From a virus (taxonomy: Duplodnaviria; Caudoviricetes), in the IMG/VR virus record IMGVR_UViG_3300023184_000002, positions 1-60,292 of that record: a stretch of DNA of 60,292 nucleotides. One strand, given 5' to 3'. A program made the translations under genes and the position numbers. The notes under the pieces were generated by a model. The model was not told the DNA's origin and did not search any database. It was given only the letters and a program-made list of their open reading frames with translations. Of the stretch, positions 28,761 through 38,167 are shown piece after piece (within the stretch, counting starts at the first letter, position 1; every line of letters begins with the position of its first letter).

Positions 28761-30793
28761 TACTTACCTCCATTCTGTTTTAAAAATTCAGCATACCGAG
28801 AATCCAAATCCTCAACGCTAGTTTTATCACTTGCTTTGTTTACAAATGTTTTCCACAAATCATTATTAACAATTCTAATTGTACCACCACGGGAAGCAGT
28901 TGCAATCAATTCAGCAGGGGCACCTTCGGGACGAGTATTGTGATTAGTATCAAATAACACAAAATTATCAAACTGAGTAGCCATCTGAGGAATAATCGCT
29001 GAAACAGATTTATGATTATTCAAAAAATTGGGTGCAGGAACAAGACCACGATTAGGGTCATCTACAGACCTTTGCATGTTTTGTTTCCAAGCCAAATCAA
29101 TACTTGCACTTACATAACAACCATTAACTTTGTAACCAGCGTTACGGGCTTGTAGAATTTTTTTATTCAAACTGCTTGCACTTGAATTTCCAGTACCATC
29201 CAAGAAAACATCTTTACCAGAAGCAATAGCGGCCGCTTGAATTGATTTGCCAAGAATTGAAGATTCTTCATGTGTCCAACCAGCCACATCTGCTTTTCTA
29301 CCAGCATCTAAAAACACTTTAAAATCTGGCAATTTTGCTTTAATTTCGTCAGCATCAATTTTTACAGCCATGCCTTCTGCTGGCAAAGAAACTCCAGAAC
29401 TTTTAGCCTGTTCTAATGTTGCGGTTTTCTTTTGAATAGTTCCTTTACCAGAACCACCACCGCCACCCATCATAGTAAAAGTAGGGTCAGAAGATTTAGG
29501 AACACCTTGCAATGCTTCTGCAATAAGTTTATCATGCAACTCTTGGCGTTCAGGAGTTAACTTGTAACCACCGTGACCATCATCCATTAAATAATGCCAT
29601 AAACCAGAAGTCGAAGCAGTAATAGTTTCGCCACCAACTTCAATTGATTGCGGTTTACTTAAAACTTCAGGACGGTTACTGCCATAACCCCAATCATGAG
29701 TAGATAAATTTCCTTTAGCCCAAGCCCCATGCGAACTCTGGTCATGCTGACCAGCAAGATGTTTCATTAAAGGAATTCCATTTACCCAAGGAAGTGGGTC
29801 AACTAGAAGACGGCGGAACTGACGTTTATTTCCATTTAAACCATCAAAAAAACCTGCATCATTAACGATGGCTTCAGAAACATGTAAATTAAATAATTCA
29901 TCAGTGCTTGTTTTAAATTCAGTCAAAGTTGTGTGCAAAGCATTATGACGAGCCAAAACTTCTGGCAATTTTTGAGCATCAGGATTAGTGCGTATTAACT
30001 CGGCACCAGCATCATAACCTTCATTGTAATTCAAACGAATAGTGCGTTTATTCATAAATGAACCAATTTTTTTAAAATCAGATTCACTAACAGAAGAGGT
30101 TGTATGCGACCAAAGACCGTGGCTACGCTGGTCATGCTGACCTTGCAAATGTTTAGACATGCCATTTAATAAATCTTCAGGAATTACCCAAAACTTGCAC
30201 AAAGCCATGTGGTCAATTTGACCTTCAACAATCTCACAACCGCCACCGCCTTCATAAAAAATGCAATTGGCACACATCAAACCCTCATCAACAAACGGGT
30301 TATCCTCCATGTAATGTGCCCCGTTAGCACCGCAACCTTTATTAAACTTGCCAACGGTTTCGGTTAAAGATTCCAAAAATTCATAAATTGCAGATTGGGT
30401 TTCATTTAGTGCATCTTCAGGTTCAGGGTCGTTCATGTTCATTGGGGCATCTTTAGCCACCGCATCAAACTTTAAGGTGTAACCATCAACAGTCAAAATA
30501 GTGCTTTTAGAAACAGATTCAGGATAACCCAACTCGACATTGACCGTATCAATTACATCAGAAGGAATGCCATCAAACGCTTTACTTACAGCAACATTGT
30601 TTTCAACGCCAATTTCAATAACAGCCCGATTCCACTCATCGCCATTATGCCCATGGTCTAAACCACGAACCAACAACTCCGTTGTAACAAGATGGTGGGC
30701 TTGAACTTTTACAGAGTCAGAAACATCAGCATGCAACGACTTATGCAATGCTTCCAAATCAACATTACTTAAATTAGTTAAATCAAATGACAT
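28760..30793 (-). CDS. Tagged polyprotein F: HiPIP-like Cys4 domain, short tagged module, tagged zeta-toxin-family P-loop kinase
   Basis: CANCIFY...CEIVEGQI...CKFW; 2 tags; MGGGGGSGKGT, IDADEIK, HEESS, LDGTG; start MSFDL after SD GGAGGAG. Confidence 0.8.
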   Translation of the reverse strand: MSFDLTNLSNVDLEALHKSLHADVSDSVKVQAHHLVTTELLVRGLDHGHNGDEWNRAVIEIGVENNVAVSKAFDGIPSDVIDTVNVELGYPESVSKSTILTVDGYTLKFDAVAKDAPMNMNDPEPEDALNETQSAIYEFLESLTETVGKFNKGCGANGAHYMEDNPFVDEGLMCANCIFYEGGGGCEIVEGQIDHMALCKFWVIPEDLLNGMSKHLQGQHDQRSHGLWSHTTSSVSESDFKKIGSFMNKRTIRLNYNEGYDAGAELIRTNPDAQKLPEVLARHNALHTTLTEFKTSTDELFNLHVSEAIVNDAGFFDGLNGNKRQFRRLLVDPLPWVNGIPLMKHLAGQHDQSSHGAWAKGNLSTHDWGYGSNRPEVLSKPQSIEVGGETITASTSGLWHYLMDDGHGGYKLTPERQELHDKLIAEALQGVPKSSDPTFTMMGGGGGSGKGTIQKKTATLEQAKSSGVSLPAEGMAVKIDADEIKAKLPDFKVFLDAGRKADVAGWTHEESSILGKSIQAAAIASGKDVFLDGTGNSSASSLNKKILQARNAGYKVNGCYVSASIDLAWKQNMQRSVDDPNRGLVPAPNFLNNHKSVSAIIPQMATQFDNFVLFDTNHNTRPEGAPAELIATASRGGTIRIVNNDLWKTFVNKASDKTSVEDLDSRYAEFLKQNGGK

Positions 30794-30830
30794 TTGAACT
30801 CCTCCCCGAAAGAATAGCAAAAAAAATCAA

Positions 30831-30935
30831 CTATTCAGGTTTTGTCGGCTCAAGCAATTCTCTGGGTTTCATTCGTTCAGGAATACAATCAGGGTCAATA
30901 GGGTCAATGTTTTCAACTATTAAATAATCATCCAT
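30831..30935 (-). CDS. 34-aa acidic micro-ORF (MDDYLIVENIDPIDPDCIPERMKPRELLEPTKPE)
   Basis: Translated by hand; overlaps the stop of 30928..31770 and fills the gap; weak SD GAAGGTG. Confidence 0.4.
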   Translation of the reverse strand: MDDYLIVENIDPIDPDCIPERMKPRELLEPTKPE

Positions 30936-31770
30936 TTAAAACACCTTCTTGTACATAGAAATCACGCAAACCAGCACCTAACTCTGAACCCCAATAATGG
31001 TCAGCAAGCGTAACAAAATTTTGAGCAAACTCAACACCGTGGGCCGCATGAGGATTTTCTTCACTAATAGCCGTAGCGTAATGAGCAATTTCATGCAAAA
31101 GAGTGCTTTCGCTAAAACTGTAATGTGAATCTATTTTGAACTCGCTTGTGGTTTTTTCACGACCAGTACCGCGATTAATAATAACGCCAAACGCATAAGA
31201 ACCAGATAAAGTCATTGAATTAGAAGTTTTAATTTCTAAAGTTTTTCTTAACAAATTTCCACTACCAAAATTTTCAACAAACCAAGGGTCATCAATGACA
31301 GTAGTAATGTACTTTTTAACTCCAGATAAAGTGCCATTTAAATTTTTTTTACCCAAATCAGAAACAATAAATTTATGTGATTCTCTAGCCCAAACAGTGT
31401 GGGCTTTTCTGTAATCTTTAAACGCTCTCACATAATCATCTCGTGATTCAAAATCACTGCTTTTTGGTGCTTGTGGTTGATTTTTTCGCATTTCTTCGTA
31501 ATGGTCTTTACCCATTACGCTTTCTTTAAACAAGGCTTCAGCACCATAAATTTTATTTTGCAAAGGGTCGTATTTTTGTTTTCGCAAATCTAACATTTCT
31601 CTGGTCGTCAAACTGTGACCACCTTTAACAGCATTTAAATGTGTGCCCTGTGCCCAACTGCCATGGCTAGATTGGTCATGCTTGCCTTGCAAATGTTTTT
31701 CAACTTTAACACCATGTTTAACGCCCAAATCGGGGTAAACCACATCAAAAGTTACATCATCTAAAATCAT
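30928..31770 (-). CDS. Tagged protein E: HExxH zinc metallopeptidase-like
   Basis: KHLQGKHDQSSHGSW tag; LLHEIAHY...AAHGVEF. Confidence 0.75.
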   Translation of the reverse strand: MILDDVTFDVVYPDLGVKHGVKVEKHLQGKHDQSSHGSWAQGTHLNAVKGGHSLTTREMLDLRKQKYDPLQNKIYGAEALFKESVMGKDHYEEMRKNQPQAPKSSDFESRDDYVRAFKDYRKAHTVWARESHKFIVSDLGKKNLNGTLSGVKKYITTVIDDPWFVENFGSGNLLRKTLEIKTSNSMTLSGSYAFGVIINRGTGREKTTSEFKIDSHYSFSESTLLHEIAHYATAISEENPHAAHGVEFAQNFVTLADHYWGSELGAGLRDFYVQEGVLNG

Positions 31771-34754
31771 GCAACAGACACCTCAAACACCCCATTGCCA
31801 CCATCTTGATAAGTAAACAAATCCAAAACATTAGCCTGTTTCTCTAAACCTTCGTAGCGTAACAAGTATTTCCAAGTTGCCAAAAATGGCAAATTATGAC
31901 CACCATCACCTGCACCGCGTAGCGACCAATTTCCTTCAAGAATGTGCGAAACCTCATGCAACAAAACAAACTGGCTAATACCTGTAGGTTTGTAAAGTAG
32001 TACGGGAATGTTTCCGCCATGTAAAGGATGACCTTCTGCAACATCACCAGCCGTAATTCCAGCCTCAATACCGTCAACTAAGTATTCATTGTTTGTATCA
32101 GGAACCGCTTTCCAAACTCTTTTACCGTAACCGTATTTTTCAAAAACATGGTCAACATAAGCCACAATTTCTTGTTTATCAGTAAAAATGTGTCCTTGCC
32201 CAACTGCTTTTAAAGGTGCTGAATCAAGGCATAAACCCGAAGCAAACTCAATTTGTTTATCATCAGGGGCACCCGTTGGAACAACATCGCTCCAATCCGT
32301 ACTGTCTTTCCAAGGTATAGCGACTCCACCCAAATTTTTTGGTTTGTGAACAACGCCACCAGTTTTCGCCCAAGAACCATGGGAACTCTGGTCGTGCTGA
32401 CCTTGAAGGTGTTTAATTACATCATTTACACCAATAACTTGAACTCGCATTAATTTAACACTCTTGGTCACAAAATCTGTAGATTTAACACCCTGCCAAC
32501 CACCACTTAGAATTTGTTCCCCAAGCGTGTAATCTTTCCATCTTCCTTCTTGAAAAGGGTCGGTGGTATTGCTAGTAGTTGTATCAGATACAACATTTAA
32601 CACTTCATAAGGTTTTGGATAATTAGCAACAACATCACCTTCAAATCTGTCAGATAAATTTTGCAGTGCTTGAACATTTTCTGGCTTAATCAATGCTGGA
32701 TGGCTATAAGTGTAGATTTGGTTTCCCACTTGAACTTTTGCTGGATTATTTGTTGGCGTAACTTCATAACTAACCCTTGGTGGGCGTAACAAAACTTTTA
32801 TTTGGCGTTTTAAATGGTCCATAGAATCACGAAAATCGGGGTGACTAACATCCCAATCAAATCCAAAACTTTGCGAAGCCCAAGCAGAAGAACCATCAGA
32901 AACAGCAAACACACGAATGTTATTTAAACCCAACTCACGGGCAATTTGTTCAGATTGTTTATGAAATTCTTTACCCAAACCGTTACGCCGAAGTGCATCA
33001 CCAGCACCGTATTGTGTTGTGTCACCTTGCCAATTACCAAGAGTAAATCCAACTAAATCCATGGTTTTAGTTTTTGTATCAATGTCCCGTTGCCACTCAC
33101 CAGCAGGATTGCCTTGAGCATCAGTAACAGTACCTTTAACGGAAATTAGTGAACCATTTTTTTCAATAGAGCCAACATGAACTGACATTGATTTGCCATT
33201 AGAAGTTAATGTTTTTTCAAATAAAGATTTAATGTGTTCATCAGAATGTGCCCATGAACCGTGTGAACTCTGGTCGTGCTGACCTGCAAGATGTTTAAAA
33301 AAATCAGAATCAACAGGAACCTGAACAATTACTGAGGCTTCGGCAACTTCCCGTAAATCTTTTCCGCCCAAGCCATAATTTCCTCGTCCGTCATCTGATT
33401 CAACGGTTTCGGGGATGAGGCTATGTTTATAATTTCCTTTTTCGACTGTTCCACCAGTACCTCCTGTTTGAATCTCGTCAAAGTTTACGACATCCCAAAT
33501 ACTAATTTGGTTACGCCTTCTACCCAACGACATTGCTTGCTTCTTACTAACAATTTTGTCCGTAACATCCAAATGAACTTGTTGCTGGTCTTTTGGTATT
33601 TCAACCGTTACACCATTAACCGTTTTGGTTGTTTCGTGCCACACACCAAGATAAGCCCTACCAGAACCCAACTCTGATTTGTTCTTAATCAAAAACGCAC
33701 CGAGAATTTTGGCTCCCTTTTTCTCGTTAAAGAAATCTGATGCCGTGACTACAGTGCCAAACTTGTCACTGTTTCGAGATACCATGTAGCCATCTGGAGG
33801 CAGTGAGCCGTCTGTTAACTTGATTGATAAACCACCGTTTTCGGCTACTTGCGACAGCACATCATGAACGACTTCTGGTGCAACTTCGCTGTTAAACCTG
33901 CGTCCATGAGTTGATTGGTCGTGTTGACCTGAAAGATGTTTCTCAACTTCGGTTGATTTAATCTTAGCCTTTAACACCGCAATGTCAAATGCCAACATTT
34001 TTTTCATAGATTGTTTTACATCAGCACCCAAAGGAATGGAAGAAATACCAACAGCCTTATTCCAAGCCAAAACCACATCCACCAACTGCTCTTGTGGCAT
34101 GTCAACACGCAAAGCCTTTAATTTAATGCCTTTATGCTTAGGGGAAAGCCCAAGAAAAAGACCAGCGGCCCAACGATGATGACCATCAATAACATAATCA
34201 TCACTAGAAATAGTAATAGGAGTATCGTCAACCCCTTCTTTTTTCATCTTACGAAAAATTTTGCCAGATTTAGTAGCAGAAATTTCAGCCTGAATAGGGT
34301 GCAAACCAAAAGGCGTAACATCAACCAAATCAACTCGAACACCACGGGCTTGCATAGCCTTAATAAAAGCCTCTTGAGTATCGGGGGGAATCTGAGGCAT
34401 GTGGTCGCGCATAATGCCCAAATTGTCTTTAGTAAAATACTGCGTACCAAGGATTTCCAAATTAGTTAAATCAGGATTATCGGTACGGTCAGCCATAGCA
34501 TCCAACCATGCAGGAGCATCAATAGGGCTAACAATTCCCTCTTTACCAGCCACTACATTGTCATAAGCGGTTTGAATGGGATGTGGATAAGGATTACCTT
34601 CAGCAGTATTTTTACGGTCAACTGCTTGCCCATGATGACCAGACCAATTGCCGTGCGTTGCTTGGTCATGTTTGCCTTGCAAATGTTTAATCAAGACAGC
34701 ATCAGAAGATTCAACCACCCCAATAAATTTGGCGAGCCGTGCAATGCGTGACAC
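31767..34754 (-). CDS. Tagged polyprotein D: ParB/Srx-like, unknown domain, GNAT-like, HExxH peptidase
   Basis: 4 tags; VIDGHHRWAA; YLGVW...VHLDV...NQISIWD; LRRNGLGKEF; LLHEVSH...GHNLPF; GTG start with GGAGG. Confidence 0.8.
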   Translation of the reverse strand: MSRIARLAKFIGVVESSDAVLIKHLQGKHDQATHGNWSGHHGQAVDRKNTAEGNPYPHPIQTAYDNVVAGKEGIVSPIDAPAWLDAMADRTDNPDLTNLEILGTQYFTKDNLGIMRDHMPQIPPDTQEAFIKAMQARGVRVDLVDVTPFGLHPIQAEISATKSGKIFRKMKKEGVDDTPITISSDDYVIDGHHRWAAGLFLGLSPKHKGIKLKALRVDMPQEQLVDVVLAWNKAVGISSIPLGADVKQSMKKMLAFDIAVLKAKIKSTEVEKHLSGQHDQSTHGRRFNSEVAPEVVHDVLSQVAENGGLSIKLTDGSLPPDGYMVSRNSDKFGTVVTASDFFNEKKGAKILGAFLIKNKSELGSGRAYLGVWHETTKTVNGVTVEIPKDQQQVHLDVTDKIVSKKQAMSLGRRRNQISIWDVVNFDEIQTGGTGGTVEKGNYKHSLIPETVESDDGRGNYGLGGKDLREVAEASVIVQVPVDSDFFKHLAGQHDQSSHGSWAHSDEHIKSLFEKTLTSNGKSMSVHVGSIEKNGSLISVKGTVTDAQGNPAGEWQRDIDTKTKTMDLVGFTLGNWQGDTTQYGAGDALRRNGLGKEFHKQSEQIARELGLNNIRVFAVSDGSSAWASQSFGFDWDVSHPDFRDSMDHLKRQIKVLLRPPRVSYEVTPTNNPAKVQVGNQIYTYSHPALIKPENVQALQNLSDRFEGDVVANYPKPYEVLNVVSDTTTSNTTDPFQEGRWKDYTLGEQILSGGWQGVKSTDFVTKSVKLMRVQVIGVNDVIKHLQGQHDQSSHGSWAKTGGVVHKPKNLGGVAIPWKDSTDWSDVVPTGAPDDKQIEFASGLCLDSAPLKAVGQGHIFTDKQEIVAYVDHVFEKYGYGKRVWKAVPDTNNEYLVDGIEAGITAGDVAEGHPLHGGNIPVLLYKPTGISQFVLLHEVSHILEGNWSLRGAGDGGHNLPFLATWKYLLRYEGLEKQANVLDLFTYQDGGNGVFEVSVA

Positions 34755-34816
34755 AAAACCTCCTGAAATACTAGATAAGAATACCTCAGAAGCATTACCT
34801 CAAAAGGTCAACTCGC

Positions 34817-35053
34817 TTAATTATCGGCAGGGTCAATGCTGTAAAAAGGTAATTTCATAAGATTATCCATAAGTTCAGGTGAATAAGCAGTAAGTTTTTT
34901 GCCACCAATTGCTTCAGAATACATTTTATCAAAATCTAAAGATTGTTCAGGGGTAGGATTTTCGGGATAAAAGCCAGCAACATTTTTATACTTTAAAACC
35001 CAAGCATCATAAACGGAACTCATAGTTGCCATTTTTGTATCTCTATTCATCAT
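34817..35053 (-). CDS. Small untagged protein inside the effector block
   Basis: 78-aa ORF overlapping the stop of polyprotein C. Confidence 0.55.
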   Translation of the reverse strand: MMNRDTKMATMSSVYDAWVLKYKNVAGFYPENPTPEQSLDFDKMYSEAIGGKKLTAYSPELMDNLMKLPFYSIDPADN

Positions 35054-38000
35054 AAATCCCTTTACTTATAATCTGCCTAGGTGCAACATTTAATTTCTTT
35101 TTATAATGGTATCTTTGATTTGATAAAATGCTTTTTCCAAGCCACATGGTCAAAGCATTTCCCTGCCCATCTGTGCCATCGCCGTAACCAACCATTGCAA
35201 CATCATAAGGAGTTGGGAAATCTGAAGCCAAAGAATCCCCATTTAACCGAGTAATCATAGTTTCAATGTCGTCCCTAACTGGTTTATTTTTTGGTTCATT
35301 TGGAATAACAAATAAACGGTCAGTTAAATCTTTTCTTACATTTCGCCAATCTTCTGGATGGCTTCCCGACCAATCGTAGCCCATCTTTGCCCATGTATAG
35401 GCACCATTCCAAGCCGTATCTAAAGTAATGGCATTGAACCCGTGGCTGATGTAATAATTTTCTGATTGATTAATAAAAGCGTTTCCAAAACCAGTATTTT
35501 GGTATTGAGATTCCCAAATTTGTAAAACATCATGTGAAACAACTCCAGTGCTTGTGTTTAAAGTTCTTTCAAATTCACCAATTTGGTCGTCAAGTTGATT
35601 AAACAAACTACCTTCTACTTTAATTAAACCATCATTTAAATCAACTTCAACATTCAAAATCCTGCTTTTAATAGTGTCATCATGTCCTGTTTTATCTGTG
35701 TACTCGTAATTCATGTTATAAATTTCTTTAAGGCCTGGTTTTATTCTGGTTGCTATGTCGTCACCAGCATCCAATAAAATTCTTCCAGCGTGTCTTTGAT
35801 AAAAATCATCTGTCAACTGTTCGGTAAGAAGCGAATCCCCTTGATGTTGAACATCACGAGCGTCCAAATAATTTTGTAACTCTTGTCGCCAATAAGCATT
35901 GCCTTTAGTATCAGCCCAAGCCCTAGCCCTATCTGCTATCTCAACAGAAGCATCTGATAACCCTTGAATCCAAGTCAACCAAGCCACGCTTGGGCCTTTA
36001 TCTTTCATACTCAAAATCATTTGTTGGCGTTCGGCACCCCATTGACCATACTTACCCTCAGCAACAGGTCCACCGTTTGCCCAATTACCATGCGAACTTT
36101 GGTCGTGCTGACCAGCAAGATGCTTAATTAAATTTAAAGGTGGTACAACAAAAATTGTTTTAGCAACAGGTTTATCTAAGCCTTCACCAAAATCACAAAT
36201 GTCTTCAACCGTGTAAACAGTATTGTCCTCATCAGTTTTGCTTTTCAATACAGGATTTTGCCCGTATTCGGATTGTCTATCAAAACTCCATTGACAATCA
36301 TAAGCATAAGTTTGAGTTGCCTGATTGCCACTTTTGCCTTCACTCAAAAACCAATCAGCAAACGCTTCAGCAAAACCTTCCTTGGAATTTGTTTGCCCGT
36401 ATTTACTTAAACCCAACTTCCCGTCAACAGCCCTATTCCAAAGGCTTTGAGTTGAAGCGGAACTTGCATCATTATTTATTTGATTAATTTGCATTTGACG
36501 AGCATGTCCCCATTCATGAGCCAACCAGTATTGCCCTTGATGATTTACATTTTGGTAAGATTGAGTAAAACGCCCAAATTTTCTTTTGTTTGGTTTATCA
36601 AAAAATCCAGTTGAAGCAACATAAATTTGTACACCCATTTTTTCAGCAACTTTATCCCAACCACCAAGATGTAATCCTTTTACACCTTCTGGAACAGGAT
36701 TGCCACTTGCAGTATCAGCATTCAATAAGGCTTCATCCCCAAAAAACATTCTAACAACAGTATTTTTAGGCAAAGGAGCATGTTGACCCAACTTATTTAA
36801 TTGAAATAAAACAGTTTCAACTTGTTTTTGAATTTCTGGAGTGTATTTTGTATTTTGACTGGGGTCGCTACTTGATGTTCCCTTTAAAGATTGCCAATAA
36901 GAATTAAAATTAGCAACAATTCTGACATCATGGATAGTAGTTTCAAACGCCCATGGCAAAGATTTATCATCTACTGGTTTCCAGCCAGCAATCGGTTTAA
37001 ATTTTTTAGACCATTCATGGTTAGCCCATGAGCCGTGAGTTGACTGGTCGTGCTGACCTGCAAGATGCTTTTGTAAACCACCAAACTCAATAACAATTGG
37101 AGGAACATTAGAATCAATAGATTCTATAACATGAAAACCTGCAATAGATTTGTTCATCAAATTTTTTGCCAAATTAGCAAAATCTAAATGATAAAAAATC
37201 TTTTTATAATTGGGATTATCTTTATCTAACTCCCAAGCAGTAAACATTTCAGCAAAAAATTCACGATGATTAGTTTTACCGTATTTTGAAACTATAGGGC
37301 TAGAACTAAGTTGTTCAAAATCTGCTGTTGCTTGAAAATAATACCTTTGGTCAACAGCATGACCAAACTCGTGAATAATTGTTGCTTGTAAACCGTTATA
37401 GTCATTGCCAACATACTCGTTACCAGAAAAACTTGAAGTAGAAACAAACTCGTCATGAATTACTTCTTTCCAAGTTTTTGCTGTTCCGCTACCTAAACGG
37501 GAAAAAACTGCTGGATTTAAAACAATTACACTGCCTTTTGGTGTGTCATGCCAATTCACATCAGGAATCCACTTTTCAAACAAAGAAGTGATTTCATCTG
37601 CTGTGGGAGCAAATAATTTTTCTTCATTAAATTGTGATGCCCTGTATTTTCTTCGTGCATTACCCTGACTACCAATTGAAGTTACAGTTTCACCACCAAC
37701 GCCCACCCGATTTTCAAGGTCAATAATAAAAGAAACATCGTGCATTGGATACTTTGAAAGCAACTCATTCATGTAACCAATTGCTTCATTTTTTCTTGCA
37801 ACAATGTCTTTGGCGTATTTAATGTTTTGTAACCCTGAGTCATCAAAGCGTGGAACATAAAATTTGCTCCCACTTGGATGTTCGTAACAATCGTATCGCC
37901 CAACAACTTTGGTTAATTCAAAAGTCCCGTGTGCCCAATTACCGTGTGAACTCTGGTCATGTTGCCCTGACATGTGTTTGGTAAAAGCGTCAACAACTGT

Positions 38001-38165
38001 CCAAGTGCCAACTTTTTGCCATTTATCAAATAAACCAACAGTGCTGGTTCTGCCATTAGTTTGGCGTAAATACCCGTATGGATAACCGTCAGCGTCAACG
38101 GAATCAAAAATTAACTCGGCTCCGTCAGCCCTTACAGCGTAAACACTACCTTTGGTTAGTTCCAT
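35043..38165 (-). CDS. Tagged polyprotein C: two zincin (HExxH) peptidase-like modules and a GNAT-like module
   Basis: 3 tags; HEFGH...SKYGKTNHREFFAE; HEWGH...SKYGQTNSKEGFAE; YQNTGFG...GAYTWAKMGYDW. Confidence 0.8.
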   Translation of the reverse strand: MELTKGSVYAVRADGAELIFDSVDADGYPYGYLRQTNGRTSTVGLFDKWQKVGTWTVVDAFTKHMSGQHDQSSHGNWAHGTFELTKVVGRYDCYEHPSGSKFYVPRFDDSGLQNIKYAKDIVARKNEAIGYMNELLSKYPMHDVSFIIDLENRVGVGGETVTSIGSQGNARRKYRASQFNEEKLFAPTADEITSLFEKWIPDVNWHDTPKGSVIVLNPAVFSRLGSGTAKTWKEVIHDEFVSTSSFSGNEYVGNDYNGLQATIIHEFGHAVDQRYYFQATADFEQLSSSPIVSKYGKTNHREFFAEMFTAWELDKDNPNYKKIFYHLDFANLAKNLMNKSIAGFHVIESIDSNVPPIVIEFGGLQKHLAGQHDQSTHGSWANHEWSKKFKPIAGWKPVDDKSLPWAFETTIHDVRIVANFNSYWQSLKGTSSSDPSQNTKYTPEIQKQVETVLFQLNKLGQHAPLPKNTVVRMFFGDEALLNADTASGNPVPEGVKGLHLGGWDKVAEKMGVQIYVASTGFFDKPNKRKFGRFTQSYQNVNHQGQYWLAHEWGHARQMQINQINNDASSASTQSLWNRAVDGKLGLSKYGQTNSKEGFAEAFADWFLSEGKSGNQATQTYAYDCQWSFDRQSEYGQNPVLKSKTDEDNTVYTVEDICDFGEGLDKPVAKTIFVVPPLNLIKHLAGQHDQSSHGNWANGGPVAEGKYGQWGAERQQMILSMKDKGPSVAWLTWIQGLSDASVEIADRARAWADTKGNAYWRQELQNYLDARDVQHQGDSLLTEQLTDDFYQRHAGRILLDAGDDIATRIKPGLKEIYNMNYEYTDKTGHDDTIKSRILNVEVDLNDGLIKVEGSLFNQLDDQIGEFERTLNTSTGVVSHDVLQIWESQYQNTGFGNAFINQSENYYISHGFNAITLDTAWNGAYTWAKMGYDWSGSHPEDWRNVRKDLTDRLFVIPNEPKNKPVRDDIETMITRLNGDSLASDFPTPYDVAMVGYGDGTDGQGNALTMWLGKSILSNQRYHYKKKLNVAPRQIISKGIYDE

Positions 38166-38167
38166 AA

